From NCBI GenBank assembly GCA_037445065.1, contig JBBILD010000006.1:164539-228538 (forward strand): a stretch of 64,000 bases of DNA. Reading direction: 5' to 3'. Below the pieces are notes generated by a model that worked only from the letters and a program-made list of their open reading frames with translations, did no database searches and had not been told where the DNA came from. This DNA is from Myxococcales bacterium. Lineage in GTDB: Bacteria > Desulfobacterota > Binatia > HRBIN30. The stretch's first letter is position 1. The number at the start of each line of letters is the position of its first letter. Positions 29,149 through 38,182 of the stretch are shown here, piece by piece. The position numbers and the translations under genes are program-made.

Positions 29149-30039
29149 ATGCAAGGAAACACTGAGGGAAACGGGGGCGTCGCCCGCCAGCGTTCTGCGG
29201 GCCTCGCCGGGTTTGCGCGCGGGTTGCGGTGGCTGTGCTGGCTGGTGATTGCAGGCTGTGCGGTAGCGCTCGCTCGTTTGCTTCCGGTGAGCGCGTGGCT
29301 TCAGCAAATCACGGTCGTTGCGGAAGGCGCAGGCCCTTGGGGCCTGGTGATCTTCGGTCTTGCATATGTTGTGGCGGCATTGCTGTTCGTGCCGGGGGCA
29401 GCGATCACGATCGCTGCCGGAGCCGTCTTCGGGCTTGGGCTCGGCATCGTGGTGGTCTCGTTCGCTTCGACTGCCGCCGCCGCACTCGCGTTCGCCATCG
29501 CTCGCTATGCGGCGCGCGGCGCCGTGACGGAGTGGGCGAAAAGATACCCGTGGTTCGTTGCCCTCGATCAGGCGCTCGAGCGTGGCGGATGGCGGATCGT
29601 GGCTTTGCTGCGGCTGTCACCTGTTGTGCCTTTCAACGTGCTCAATTACTTGCTCGGCCTAACCGCGGTCCGTTTTGGGCCGTACGTGCTGGCGAGTTGG
29701 ATTTTCATGCTTCCCGGCACGGTGCTGTACGTGGGAGCGGGTTACGCGAGCCGGCTAGGACTGGAAGCAGCGGCAGGCCAGGAGGCGGCGCTTTCTCTCG
29801 GCCGTTGGCTGCTGCTCGTAGTGGGCCTCGCCGCCACGCTTTTTGTGACCGTGTACGCAGGCCGGCTGGCCCGCCAGGCGATGGCGGAGCAGGTGCAAAG
29901 TCTTGCCAGCCCAAAGCCGCAGCAGCCAGCAACAAGGACGGGAGCCAGTTCTACGGGCCTGCTCGTGCTTGCTTCGCTGGCCGTGTTGATGGTCGCGGTG
30001 ACGTCGTTCGCCTATTTGCACGCGGGTGGGGCCCACTGA
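29149..30039 (+). CDS. TVP38/TMEM64 (DedA/VTT) membrane protein
   Basis: LFVPGAAITIAAGAVFG, LLRLSPVVPFNVLNYLLGLT, MLPGTVLYV. Confidence 0.9.
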   Translation: MQGNTEGNGGVARQRSAGLAGFARGLRWLCWLVIAGCAVALARLLPVSAWLQQITVVAEGAGPWGLVIFGLAYVVAALLFVPGAAITIAAGAVFGLGLGIVVVSFASTAAAALAFAIARYAARGAVTEWAKRYPWFVALDQALERGGWRIVALLRLSPVVPFNVLNYLLGLTAVRFGPYVLASWIFMLPGTVLYVGAGYASRLGLEAAAGQEAALSLGRWLLLVVGLAATLFVTVYAGRLARQAMAEQVQSLASPKPQQPATRTGASSTGLLVLASLAVLMVAVTSFAYLHAGGAH

Positions 30040-30091
30040 GCCCGCGCTCCGCTTCCAACGTGGAAAGACCTACGCATCGCGAGGAGGAACG

Positions 30092-31660
30092 ATGAGTGCA
30101 CACCGTCTAGCTGTGACCCCATGGGAAACACCTGCGGAAAGCTGGCAGAAGATGCTCGTGCCGGACTCCGAACACAATCGGGAGTTGGCGCGGCAAGTGC
30201 GTCCGCCGAACTGGGTGCCACCGGTTCCAGCTCGCCGTTACAACTTGGTGGTGATCGGCGGAGGTACGGCGGGGCTGGTGACGGCCGTGGGCGCCTCGTC
30301 CTTGGGCGCGCGAGTGGCGCTGGTGGAGCAGGGGCTGCTCGGCGGCGACTGCCTCAACGTCGGATGCGTACCCTCCAAGGCAGTTCTGCACGCTGCCCGC
30401 GTGGCCGCCGAGGTGCGGCGGGCAAGCTGGCTGCGTGTGGCGGGCGGTGGCGCGGTGGAAAGTGACTTTGCGCGCGTCATGGAACGCATGCGCGCCATTC
30501 GCGCCGAATTGGCGAGGAACGACTCAGCTCAGCGGCTGGCAGACCTGGGTGTAGACGTGTTTTTCGAGCAGGCGCGCTTTACGGGACCGGACACGGTGCA
30601 GGCTGGAAACCAGGAGCTGCGCTTTGCGCGTGCCGTGATTGCTACAGGCGCGCGTGCGGCAGTCCCGCCCATCTCTGGTTTGGACTCGGTGCCATACTGG
30701 ACCAATGAGTCGGTCTTCTCGATGACCGAACTTCCACGGCGCTTGGTGGTGCTCGGTGCCGGACCGATCGGGTGCGAGCTAGGGCAAGCGTTTGCTCGTT
30801 TCGGCTCCCGCGTGACGTTGGTGGACATGGCGCCTCGAATCTTGCCAAGGGACGATGCGGAAGCTGCCGCGGTCGTGACCGAGTCCTTGCTCCGCGACGG
30901 CGTCGAAATCATGTCCGAGGCTAAGGTCGAACGAGTGGAGCGTACGCGCGGCGGTGAGATCTCCGTACAGGTGCGCTCTGCCCGGGGGGCAGCCGCGCTC
31001 GCGGCCGACGGTCTCTTGGTCGCTGTCGGCCGTGCGCCGAACATCGAGGCGTTGGATCTCGAAGCGGCGGGGGTGCGATACGATGCCAGGCAAGGGGTTC
31101 AGGTTGACGACTTCCTGCGCTCGAGTAACCCTCGCATTTACGCGGCAGGCGACGTTTGCTCCGCGTTTCGCTTTACTCACGCTGCGGATGCGATGGCGCG
31201 CATTGTGATTCAGAATGCGCTCTTTTTCGGGCGCGCGCGGGTGAGTCAGCTCGTGATCCCATGGTGTACCTACACCGACCCTGAGCTGGCGCAGGTAGGT
31301 TGGAGCGAGGAAGAAGCGCGCCGCCGAGGAGCGGATCCGCACGTCGTCCGAGTGGACTTTGCTGAGGTCGATCGCGCTGTCGTAGATGGGCGCGCGCAAG
31401 GCTTTGTGAAAGTTGTTGCTCATCGGCGCTCGGGGAAGGTGCTGGGGGCAACGATTGTGGGGCCGGCTGCCGGGGAATTGGCAGCCCACCTTGCCACTGC
31501 AGTGCAACATGGTGTGCGCCTTTCCAGCTTCGCCCGCACAGTGTTTCCGTATCCAACGCTTTCGCTTGCCATCAAGCGCGCGGCGGACCAATGGAACCGC
31601 ACGCGCCTGACACCGCGCGTGCAATGGTTGTTTTCCAAGTTCCTTGCGTGGCGCCGCTGA
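30092..31660 (+). CDS. Mercuric-reductase-like class I flavoprotein disulfide reductase
   Basis: GGGTAG, GGDCLNVGCVPSK, GAGPIGCE, YAAGDV, PWCTYTDPE, PYPTLS. Lacks the C-terminal Cys-Cys of true MerA. GGAGGA RBS. Confidence 0.88.
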   Translation: MSAHRLAVTPWETPAESWQKMLVPDSEHNRELARQVRPPNWVPPVPARRYNLVVIGGGTAGLVTAVGASSLGARVALVEQGLLGGDCLNVGCVPSKAVLHAARVAAEVRRASWLRVAGGGAVESDFARVMERMRAIRAELARNDSAQRLADLGVDVFFEQARFTGPDTVQAGNQELRFARAVIATGARAAVPPISGLDSVPYWTNESVFSMTELPRRLVVLGAGPIGCELGQAFARFGSRVTLVDMAPRILPRDDAEAAAVVTESLLRDGVEIMSEAKVERVERTRGGEISVQVRSARGAAALAADGLLVAVGRAPNIEALDLEAAGVRYDARQGVQVDDFLRSSNPRIYAAGDVCSAFRFTHAADAMARIVIQNALFFGRARVSQLVIPWCTYTDPELAQVGWSEEEARRRGADPHVVRVDFAEVDRAVVDGRAQGFVKVVAHRRSGKVLGATIVGPAAGELAAHLATAVQHGVRLSSFARTVFPYPTLSLAIKRAADQWNRTRLTPRVQWLFSKFLAWRR

Positions 31661-31695
31661 GGAACGCTCGGCGGGTAGTCCGCCGAGCGCAAAGC

Positions 31696-32904
31696 TCAGG
31701 GGGGATCGCTAGCCACAGATACGCTAGCGCCGGGGTCGCGCAGTACGCAGCGCGTGCGCTGGTAAATGGTCGGCACGCACTCATTGCAATGAGTGCATAA
31801 AGAGGCGTGTTCGGGGTCTTGCTGCCACACCCGTACAAGCTCGGGTTCGCGCAGCAAGGCACGGCCGATTTGCACGAAATCGAATCCTTCCGAGAGGGCC
31901 ATACGCACGGTCTGCAAGGAGGTCACGCCGCCCAAGAGAATCAGCGGTAGGCGCAGTGCGGCGCGGAACTGCCGCGCCTGAGCGAGGAAAAAAGCCTCTT
32001 CGAACGGGTAGCTCCGGAACAAGCGCCGCATGAGGAGCTTGGCGGGCAAGCGCAACCAGCGCGGAAAGCGCGTGCTCATGGAATCGATTGGCGCGTCTCC
32101 CCGGAACAGGAACATGGGGTTGGCGAAGGAAGAGCCACCCGTGAGCGTAATTGCATCCACGGTGCCATCTGCTTCGAGCATACGGGCGAACTCGAGGCTC
32201 TCCTCCACTTGCAGGCCATCGGGCAATCCGTCGCTCATATTGAGTTTCGCGGTGACCGCCATACGAACCCCCGCAGCCTGCCGCACCGCTTCGAGCACCC
32301 GCCTGGGAAAGCGCGCCCGGTTGGCCAGGGAGCCTCCCCATTCGTCGGCTCGCTGATTGAGGCGCGGGGAAAGAAACGCGCACAGCAGGTAGTCGTGGCC
32401 CAGGTGGACCTCGATGGCGTCGAAGCCGCTCTCGCGCAGGAGGCGCGCGCCGCGGGCGAACTCCTGCTCGATGCGCTGCAGGTCGCGCTCGCTCGCCGCG
32501 CGCGTCCAGCGCATACGCGAGGCACTGAACACACGCGAAGGAGCAAGCGTGCCGAGGGGTCCTGAATGGCCGATTTGCGCGGCTACCTTCGCTCCGCATG
32601 CGTGAACAGCCTCGGCCAACCGAGCCAAGCCTCTTCCGACGCCGGGCAAGTCCAACTGCACCTGCCTACCGTCGATGCTTCCTTCGCGGCTCACGGCACA
32701 GTAAGCCACTGTGGTCATTCCCACCCCGCCTCGCGCAAAGCGGCAGTGGAATTCGACGAGGTCGCTGCTCACCTCGCCCCGGGGGGCGCGACCCTCGAAG
32801 GTAGCCGCTTTGATGATCCGATTGGGCAGTTCAACTGGTCCCAGTCTTGCCGGTGCAAACGGATCGGGTCCCGGGTCCTGTACCGCCATGGCCTTTTCCT
32901 CCAC
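31696..32904 (-). CDS. NADH:flavin oxidoreductase (old yellow enzyme family)
   Basis: NRIIKAATFEG, GFDAIEVHLGHDYLL, NQRADEWGGSLANRARF, GRALLREP, CTHCNEC. Start is 32904 or 32889. Confidence 0.88.
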   Translation of the reverse strand: MEEKAMAVQDPGPDPFAPARLGPVELPNRIIKAATFEGRAPRGEVSSDLVEFHCRFARGGVGMTTVAYCAVSREGSIDGRQVQLDLPGVGRGLARLAEAVHACGAKVAAQIGHSGPLGTLAPSRVFSASRMRWTRAASERDLQRIEQEFARGARLLRESGFDAIEVHLGHDYLLCAFLSPRLNQRADEWGGSLANRARFPRRVLEAVRQAAGVRMAVTAKLNMSDGLPDGLQVEESLEFARMLEADGTVDAITLTGGSSFANPMFLFRGDAPIDSMSTRFPRWLRLPAKLLMRRLFRSYPFEEAFFLAQARQFRAALRLPLILLGGVTSLQTVRMALSEGFDFVQIGRALLREPELVRVWQQDPEHASLCTHCNECVPTIYQRTRCVLRDPGASVSVASDPP

Positions 32905-33167
32905 CAGTACACGCCTCTATGTCTTACGCCGCGCTGAGGAAGCAAGGGACGCAGGTCAGGAACCGGATCCTGGGTGTGCCCGACCAACCGCGTGTTTGTG
33001 TTTCAAGATTTGGGAACGCAGTTCGCAAGTGGCCGCCTTTATGATCTCTTTGCCCGGAGAACTGGCGTGCGGGCACGCGGATGCGTAGAACAGGCGCCTT
33101 GTACAGGCAAAACATGGAGCGGGATCGTTCGTGCGAGCGGGGCGACAGGTGGTTCGACCTTCGTGCG

Positions 33168-34670
33168 ATGAGAGTATGGACCACAGCGCTGGCAGTGCTG
33201 GCCTCTCTGGGGCGGGCACAGGCCGAGGGGACCCACTTTCAGTTCGCGCAAGTTGCCGAGCGCGCGCAGCAACTAGCGAAGGGCGCGTATCAGGCACCTG
33301 AGCGCATTCCTGACTGGCTCACTCGTATTTCGTATGATCAATGGCGGGACATTCGTTTCCGGCCCGAGCGGGCACTGTGGCGGGATGGCCGTACCCCCTT
33401 CCAAGTGCAGTTCTTCCATCCGGGTTATTATTACGAGCGGACGGTCGCCATACGGATCGTGGATGAGGCGGGTGTCCACCCTGTGGCCTTTTCTCCTAGC
33501 GATTTCGATTACGGGAAGAACGACTTTGCGAGCCGCGTGCCCCACAATCTGGGTTTTGCTGGCTTTCGGCTGCACGCGCCGATCAACCGTCCCGATTATT
33601 TCGACGAGGTCATCGTCTTTCTCGGGGCCAGCTACTTTCGCGCTGTGGGGCGGGGGCAAGTGTTCGGGTTGTCTGCGCGTGGTCTAGCCATCGACACCGG
33701 GTTGCCGAGCGGCGAAGAATTCCCGTATTTCCGCGAGTTTTGGATCGTCAAGCCGCCGCCTTGGGCAACCGCAGTGACAGTATACGCGCTGCTCGACAGC
33801 CCGAGTGTGGCCGGGGCGTACCGTTTCGAGATCTACCCAGGCGAAACAACGCGGGTAGAGGTGACAAGCCGGCTGTTTTTCCGGCGCGAAGTGCAGCAAC
33901 TCGGTGTTGCGCCGCTCACGAGCATGTTTTTCCATGGCGAATACAGCCCGCGGGCCGTCGAGGACTACCGGCCCGAGGTCCACGATTCGGATGGACTCCT
34001 GCTCCATTTCCGCGGCGGGGAGTTTCTCTGGCGTCCCCTTTCCAACCCTCGTACTTTGCAGATAAGTAACTTTCGTATGCAGTCGCCCCGCGGGTTTGGC
34101 CTGCTTCAGCGGGATCGGGACTTCGATCACTACCAGGACTTGGAAACGAGGCGCGAGCTGCGTCCGAGCGTGTGGGTGGAGCCTCTTGATGATTGGGGAG
34201 CCGGCAGAGTGCTACTGGTCGAGATCCCGACCAAATCTGACACCAATGACAACATCGTTGCTTTTTGGGTGCCAGAGCCGCGACCCAAGGTCGAACTCCC
34301 GTTTGAAGCGCGCTACCGCTTGCACTGGTTTTCCGAGTATCCAGGCTTGTCCCCCGGCGGGCGGGTGGTGGCGACCCGGCGTGACCGTGGCAATCGCGAA
34401 AACGTGGTCCGTTACGTTGTCGACTTCGCTGGGGGCGGCTTGGAGGCAATCCCTGCCGACACGGTTGTCCACGGCGCTGTCACCATTGCAAGCGGCGAAG
34501 ACGCTGCTGAGTTGCTCGATCAGCAAGTGGTGAAAAACCCGGTGACGGAGCATTGGAGACTGGTGTTCCAAGTGCGGCCCAAACGCAGCGAGCCGGTTGA
34601 GCTGCGCGCGTACCTGATGCTGGGCGATCGGGTACTCACCGAAACCTGGTCAGCCGTCCTGGTGCCATGA
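33168..34670 (+). CDS. opgG: Osmoregulated periplasmic glucan biosynthesis protein G
   Basis: SYDQWRDIRF, FLGASYFRAVG, GLSARGLAIDT, EEFPYFREFW, RPEVHDSDGL, DNIVAFWVP. Start is uncertain (33114 or 33168). Confidence 0.93.
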   Translation: MRVWTTALAVLASLGRAQAEGTHFQFAQVAERAQQLAKGAYQAPERIPDWLTRISYDQWRDIRFRPERALWRDGRTPFQVQFFHPGYYYERTVAIRIVDEAGVHPVAFSPSDFDYGKNDFASRVPHNLGFAGFRLHAPINRPDYFDEVIVFLGASYFRAVGRGQVFGLSARGLAIDTGLPSGEEFPYFREFWIVKPPPWATAVTVYALLDSPSVAGAYRFEIYPGETTRVEVTSRLFFRREVQQLGVAPLTSMFFHGEYSPRAVEDYRPEVHDSDGLLLHFRGGEFLWRPLSNPRTLQISNFRMQSPRGFGLLQRDRDFDHYQDLETRRELRPSVWVEPLDDWGAGRVLLVEIPTKSDTNDNIVAFWVPEPRPKVELPFEARYRLHWFSEYPGLSPGGRVVATRRDRGNRENVVRYVVDFAGGGLEAIPADTVVHGAVTIASGEDAAELLDQQVVKNPVTEHWRLVFQVRPKRSEPVELRAYLMLGDRVLTETWSAVLVP

Positions 34671-37288
34671 GCCAGCCCAAACGAGCCGAGCCTGAGCGGG
34701 GTCGTGAGACTCTGTACGCCCTGCGCATTTCGAGTGAGCGCTTGTACCAGGATTGGGCGGCTGCCCACGCCCGCGCACTGGCATACCTCGCCAGCCTCGG
34801 CATTTTTGGCGAGGAAGCCGAGGGTTTGTGTGAGGCCGCGGTACACCGGGCACTCGGGCGCGAGGAGTGGGAGGCCGAAGGCACGGCCGTGAGCGAGACG
34901 CAGCGGGCTTTGCGGGAAATGCTCTCGGAGGGGGTCGCGGCCGGCCGGCTACCAGCATTTCTGGCTTTTCGATTGGAGCGGTTTCTCGGTCGCTCGGGGC
35001 TGGATTCTTTGCCGCACCGGGCTGGATACCCGACATCACACGCGCCGCTTAGCCGCCGCTCGATGCGGCCCGAAGCTGTGGAGCGTCGGGTGTGGGTGCG
35101 GGTTTGGAATCGGCTGCGCGGCAGGGTCAGTGCCGACGTGGCCCGCGGGCGCGAGCTGCGCAAGCAGCGGCGGAGTCTACCGTGGATTTGGGCGGCTCGG
35201 TGGCGGCGGGGCCTGCTCCTCATGCTCGTGTCGTTGCCCAGCGTCGTTGCTGCCGGCTTCATGCAGACGGTGCTGCCTTACCAGGGACGAACTTGGCTCG
35301 AGTTCCTGATCGTGTTGTTCTTTGGTGCCTTGTTCGGTTGGATTTCGATCGGATTCTGGACGGCGTTGTTTGGCTTTTTCACGCTGCTCTTTGGCGACCG
35401 CTACGCGGTTGGCCGCCTGCCTAGCCGGGGCCGCGAATTTCGTCCGAGGGGACGCACCGCCATTGTCATGCCGATTTGCGAGGAGCCAGTGGAACGGGTG
35501 TTCGCTGGCCTGCGCGCCATTTACGATTCGCTCGAGCGCACGGGTGCGTTGGATCACTTCGATTTCTTCATTTTGAGTGACACCTCCGATCCGGGCACGT
35601 GGGTCCGTGAGGAAGAAGCATGGGCCGAGTGGTGCCGTGAGGTGGGTGGATTCGGGCGCATATTCTACCGGCGCCGGCGCGTGCGGCTCAAACGCAAGAG
35701 CGGCAACGTTGCCGATTTCTGCCGCCGTTGGGGCCAGCGGTATGAGTACATGGTCATGCTCGATGCGGACAGCATCATGAGCGGCGAGACCATCGTGCGG
35801 CTGGTGGAAATGATGGAAGCATTGCCTCGTGCCGGCATGATCCAAACCGCGCCGAAAGCCGTCAACCGGCGTTCCCTACTGGCGAGGGTGCAGCAATTCA
35901 GTAGCCGCGTGTACGGACCGATGTTTGCGGCTGGGTTGCACTTTTGGCAGCTCGGCGACGGGCAGTACTGGGGTCACAACACGATCATTCGAGTGCAACC
36001 CTTCACCGATCACTGCGGCTTGCCGCGCCTGCCGGGCAAACCCCCTCTTGGCGGGGAGATCATGAGTCATGACTTTGTTGAGGCCGCGCTCCTCGGTCGC
36101 GCCGGGTGGCAGATTTGGTTGGCCTACGATCTCGAGGGATCCTACGAAGAAGTACCTTCGACGCTGCTCGAAGAAATGAACCGGGATCGCCGCTGGTGCC
36201 AAGGCAACCTCCAGCACCTGCGTTTGCTCTTTACCGAGGGACTGTTCGGAGCGCACCGCGTCTTGTTCCTGAACGGTGTTCTCTCGTACGTTTCCGCGCT
36301 GCTTTGGTTTCTGTTCCTGGCGCTCAGCACCGTCGAAGCAGTGGCGCACGTAATCTGGGAACCCGAGTACTTTCCGCACGGTCCGAGTTTGTTCCCGGAG
36401 TGGCCGATTTGGCGCCCGGACTGGGCCATGTACCTGATGGCGGTCACCGCCATGATTCTCTTTCTACCGAAGGTGCTGAGCTTGGTGTTGGTGGCATTGG
36501 TCTGGCGGCGCGCAGGAGACTTTGGCGGCCTCCTTCCGCTGCTGGGTAGTGCGCTCATCGAAATCCTGCTCTCCGCCCTATTTGCCCCGATCCGGATGGT
36601 GTTCCACAGTCGCTTCGTGGTGCAGAACCTCCTGGGCCGCACTGTGCAGTGGAGGTCACAGGGACGCGAAGATGCGGAAACTCGTTGGAGTGATGCGTTG
36701 CGCTACCACGCCTGGGACACGCTTTGGGCTTCGGGCTGGGGCCTGATGTTGTACTGGTTGAACCCGGGCTATTTTTGGTGGCTGGCTCCAATCCTGGTGG
36801 CGTTGGTCCTGTCGGTACCGCTGTCGGTCTTCGTCAGTCGCGTGAGCTGGGGCGACGCTGCACGGCGCTGGCGCTTGTTCTTGATTCCGGAAGAGATCGC
36901 TCCTCCTTTCGAGTTGCGCGCTTTGGAGAGTCACTGGAGCCGCTTACGCCGGGAGACCGATGCCTTGGCACCGGCCGAGCGCGATGGCTTTGTGCGCGTG
37001 GCCGTGGATCCATACGCCAACGCTTGGCATCGCGCCTTGTTAGCGGCGCCACGTCGCGTGCGGCCCTCGATTCGAGCGTTTCGAATCGGCTTGTTGCAAC
37101 GAGCACTGCGTGAGGGGCCGAATGCGTTGAGTGCGCGCGAACGCCGGATGCTGTTGTACGACCCGGACTGTGTGGATCTCCTGCACCGTTCCGTCTGGGC
37201 CTTGGGGGATGACGACGCCGCGGCGCGCTGGGGCCGCCCAGGGAGCCGAGGTGTCCAGGGCGGCGGGTCGAGTGCCGTAGCGGCGTGA
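34667..37288 (+). CDS. opgH: Glucans biosynthesis glucosyltransferase H
   Basis: FFILSDT, KSGNVADFCRRWG, LDADS, YWGHNTIIR, SHDFVEAAL, RDRRWCQGNLQH. ATGA overlap with opgG. Confidence 0.94.
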   Translation: MSQPKRAEPERGRETLYALRISSERLYQDWAAAHARALAYLASLGIFGEEAEGLCEAAVHRALGREEWEAEGTAVSETQRALREMLSEGVAAGRLPAFLAFRLERFLGRSGLDSLPHRAGYPTSHAPLSRRSMRPEAVERRVWVRVWNRLRGRVSADVARGRELRKQRRSLPWIWAARWRRGLLLMLVSLPSVVAAGFMQTVLPYQGRTWLEFLIVLFFGALFGWISIGFWTALFGFFTLLFGDRYAVGRLPSRGREFRPRGRTAIVMPICEEPVERVFAGLRAIYDSLERTGALDHFDFFILSDTSDPGTWVREEEAWAEWCREVGGFGRIFYRRRRVRLKRKSGNVADFCRRWGQRYEYMVMLDADSIMSGETIVRLVEMMEALPRAGMIQTAPKAVNRRSLLARVQQFSSRVYGPMFAAGLHFWQLGDGQYWGHNTIIRVQPFTDHCGLPRLPGKPPLGGEIMSHDFVEAALLGRAGWQIWLAYDLEGSYEEVPSTLLEEMNRDRRWCQGNLQHLRLLFTEGLFGAHRVLFLNGVLSYVSALLWFLFLALSTVEAVAHVIWEPEYFPHGPSLFPEWPIWRPDWAMYLMAVTAMILFLPKVLSLVLVALVWRRAGDFGGLLPLLGSALIEILLSALFAPIRMVFHSRFVVQNLLGRTVQWRSQGREDAETRWSDALRYHAWDTLWASGWGLMLYWLNPGYFWWLAPILVALVLSVPLSVFVSRVSWGDAARRWRLFLIPEEIAPPFELRALESHWSRLRRETDALAPAERDGFVRVAVDPYANAWHRALLAAPRRVRPSIRAFRIGLLQRALREGPNALSARERRMLLYDPDCVDLLHRSVWALGDDDAAARWGRPGSRGVQGGGSSAVAA

Positions 37289-37316
37289 AGGCGGGCGCCG
37301 GGCGCGGAGAGAAAGC

Positions 37317-37367
37317 GGGGAAACCTGCCCTGGATTTCCCTCGCGAGGGGAATCCAGGTTTCGCCCC
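37317..37367. terminator. Long imperfect hairpin between convergent genes (possible bidirectional terminator)
   Basis: CCTGGATTTCCCTC-GC-GAGGGGAATCCAGG, with flanking GGGGAAACC and GGTTTCGCCCC. No clear U tract. Confidence 0.45.
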
Positions 37368-37385
37368 AAGAAATTCGCTCGCAAC

Positions 37386-38123
37386 TCACTCGCTTAGCGG
37401 GATGGGGGCATCGAAGCGGCCGATGAAGTGCTCGGTCCAAGTGGCCATGAGCGGTGGGGCAGGCAGCCCAAGGCGGCGCAGTTCGCCCGCCAGAGGGTGG
37501 ACACCCAATTCGAGGTGAACTCCTTCCCCACCCGGGAACATCATCACGCCCCGACCGGCGGAGGCGAACGGAACCGCGTGGAGCGTAGGGTGATACGTGT
37601 AGGTCAGCATTTCTGTTTCCGGAGTTTCCCCAGGAATGCCTCCTTGCGTCGGCACCGTTAGGCGAAAGACGTTTGTCCCCTCCATCGCCAGGGTGCAGGT
37701 GGCCACCGAGCCGTCGTGTTGGAGGGTGATCTGCTCCACGCTTTTGGGAAACCCCCAGATCTGCCGCCCAGCCGCGCACGTGAACTCTCCATCTACCGGT
37801 AGCTTATAAATGAATGTTCCCTCGGGGCGCGCCGCTCCCCAACGCGGGCGTACAAAGAACACCATCATGACTTCGAGATACTGGCCGAGATCGTTGTCCA
37901 GGTATTCTACGCAACCAAGAACGAGTTGGCCCTTCCCCGGTTGGATCTCCACGGGCTCCAGGGCCTGCCCGACCAGCTCCGCGGACACTTCGAGGTCGAC
38001 AGGGTAAAGGACGTGCATTGCCCGTGCGTCCCGCACAATACAGGGCATCGTTACCGTTCGCCCAAGAACTTCGTAGACGCGAGCTTTCCCCGGGTTCGCG
38101 TTGACTCCGTGGGCTTCTTGCAT
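37386..38123 (-). CDS. Acetoacetate decarboxylase-like family protein
   Basis: EYLDNDLGQYLE, IYKLPVD, GRQIWGFPKS (Schiff-base Lys context). Confidence 0.8.
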   Translation of the reverse strand: MQEAHGVNANPGKARVYEVLGRTVTMPCIVRDARAMHVLYPVDLEVSAELVGQALEPVEIQPGKGQLVLGCVEYLDNDLGQYLEVMMVFFVRPRWGAARPEGTFIYKLPVDGEFTCAAGRQIWGFPKSVEQITLQHDGSVATCTLAMEGTNVFRLTVPTQGGIPGETPETEMLTYTYHPTLHAVPFASAGRGVMMFPGGEGVHLELGVHPLAGELRRLGLPAPPLMATWTEHFIGRFDAPIPLSE

Positions 38124-38182
38124 GCGGGCCTTTTGCCGGAGCGAGGAGGCCAGGTCAAGGCGAGCGCGACTGCACTCCGAAC

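Noticed and set aside
7119..31660. tmRNA-anchored genomic island
   Set aside because: Accessory genes follow ssrA, but I found no integrase and no direct repeat of the tmRNA 3' end by eye, so it is not supported as a discrete element.
30092..31660. True mercuric reductase merA
   Set aside because: No C-terminal Cys-Cys pair, no N-terminal HMA domain and no merR/T/P genes.
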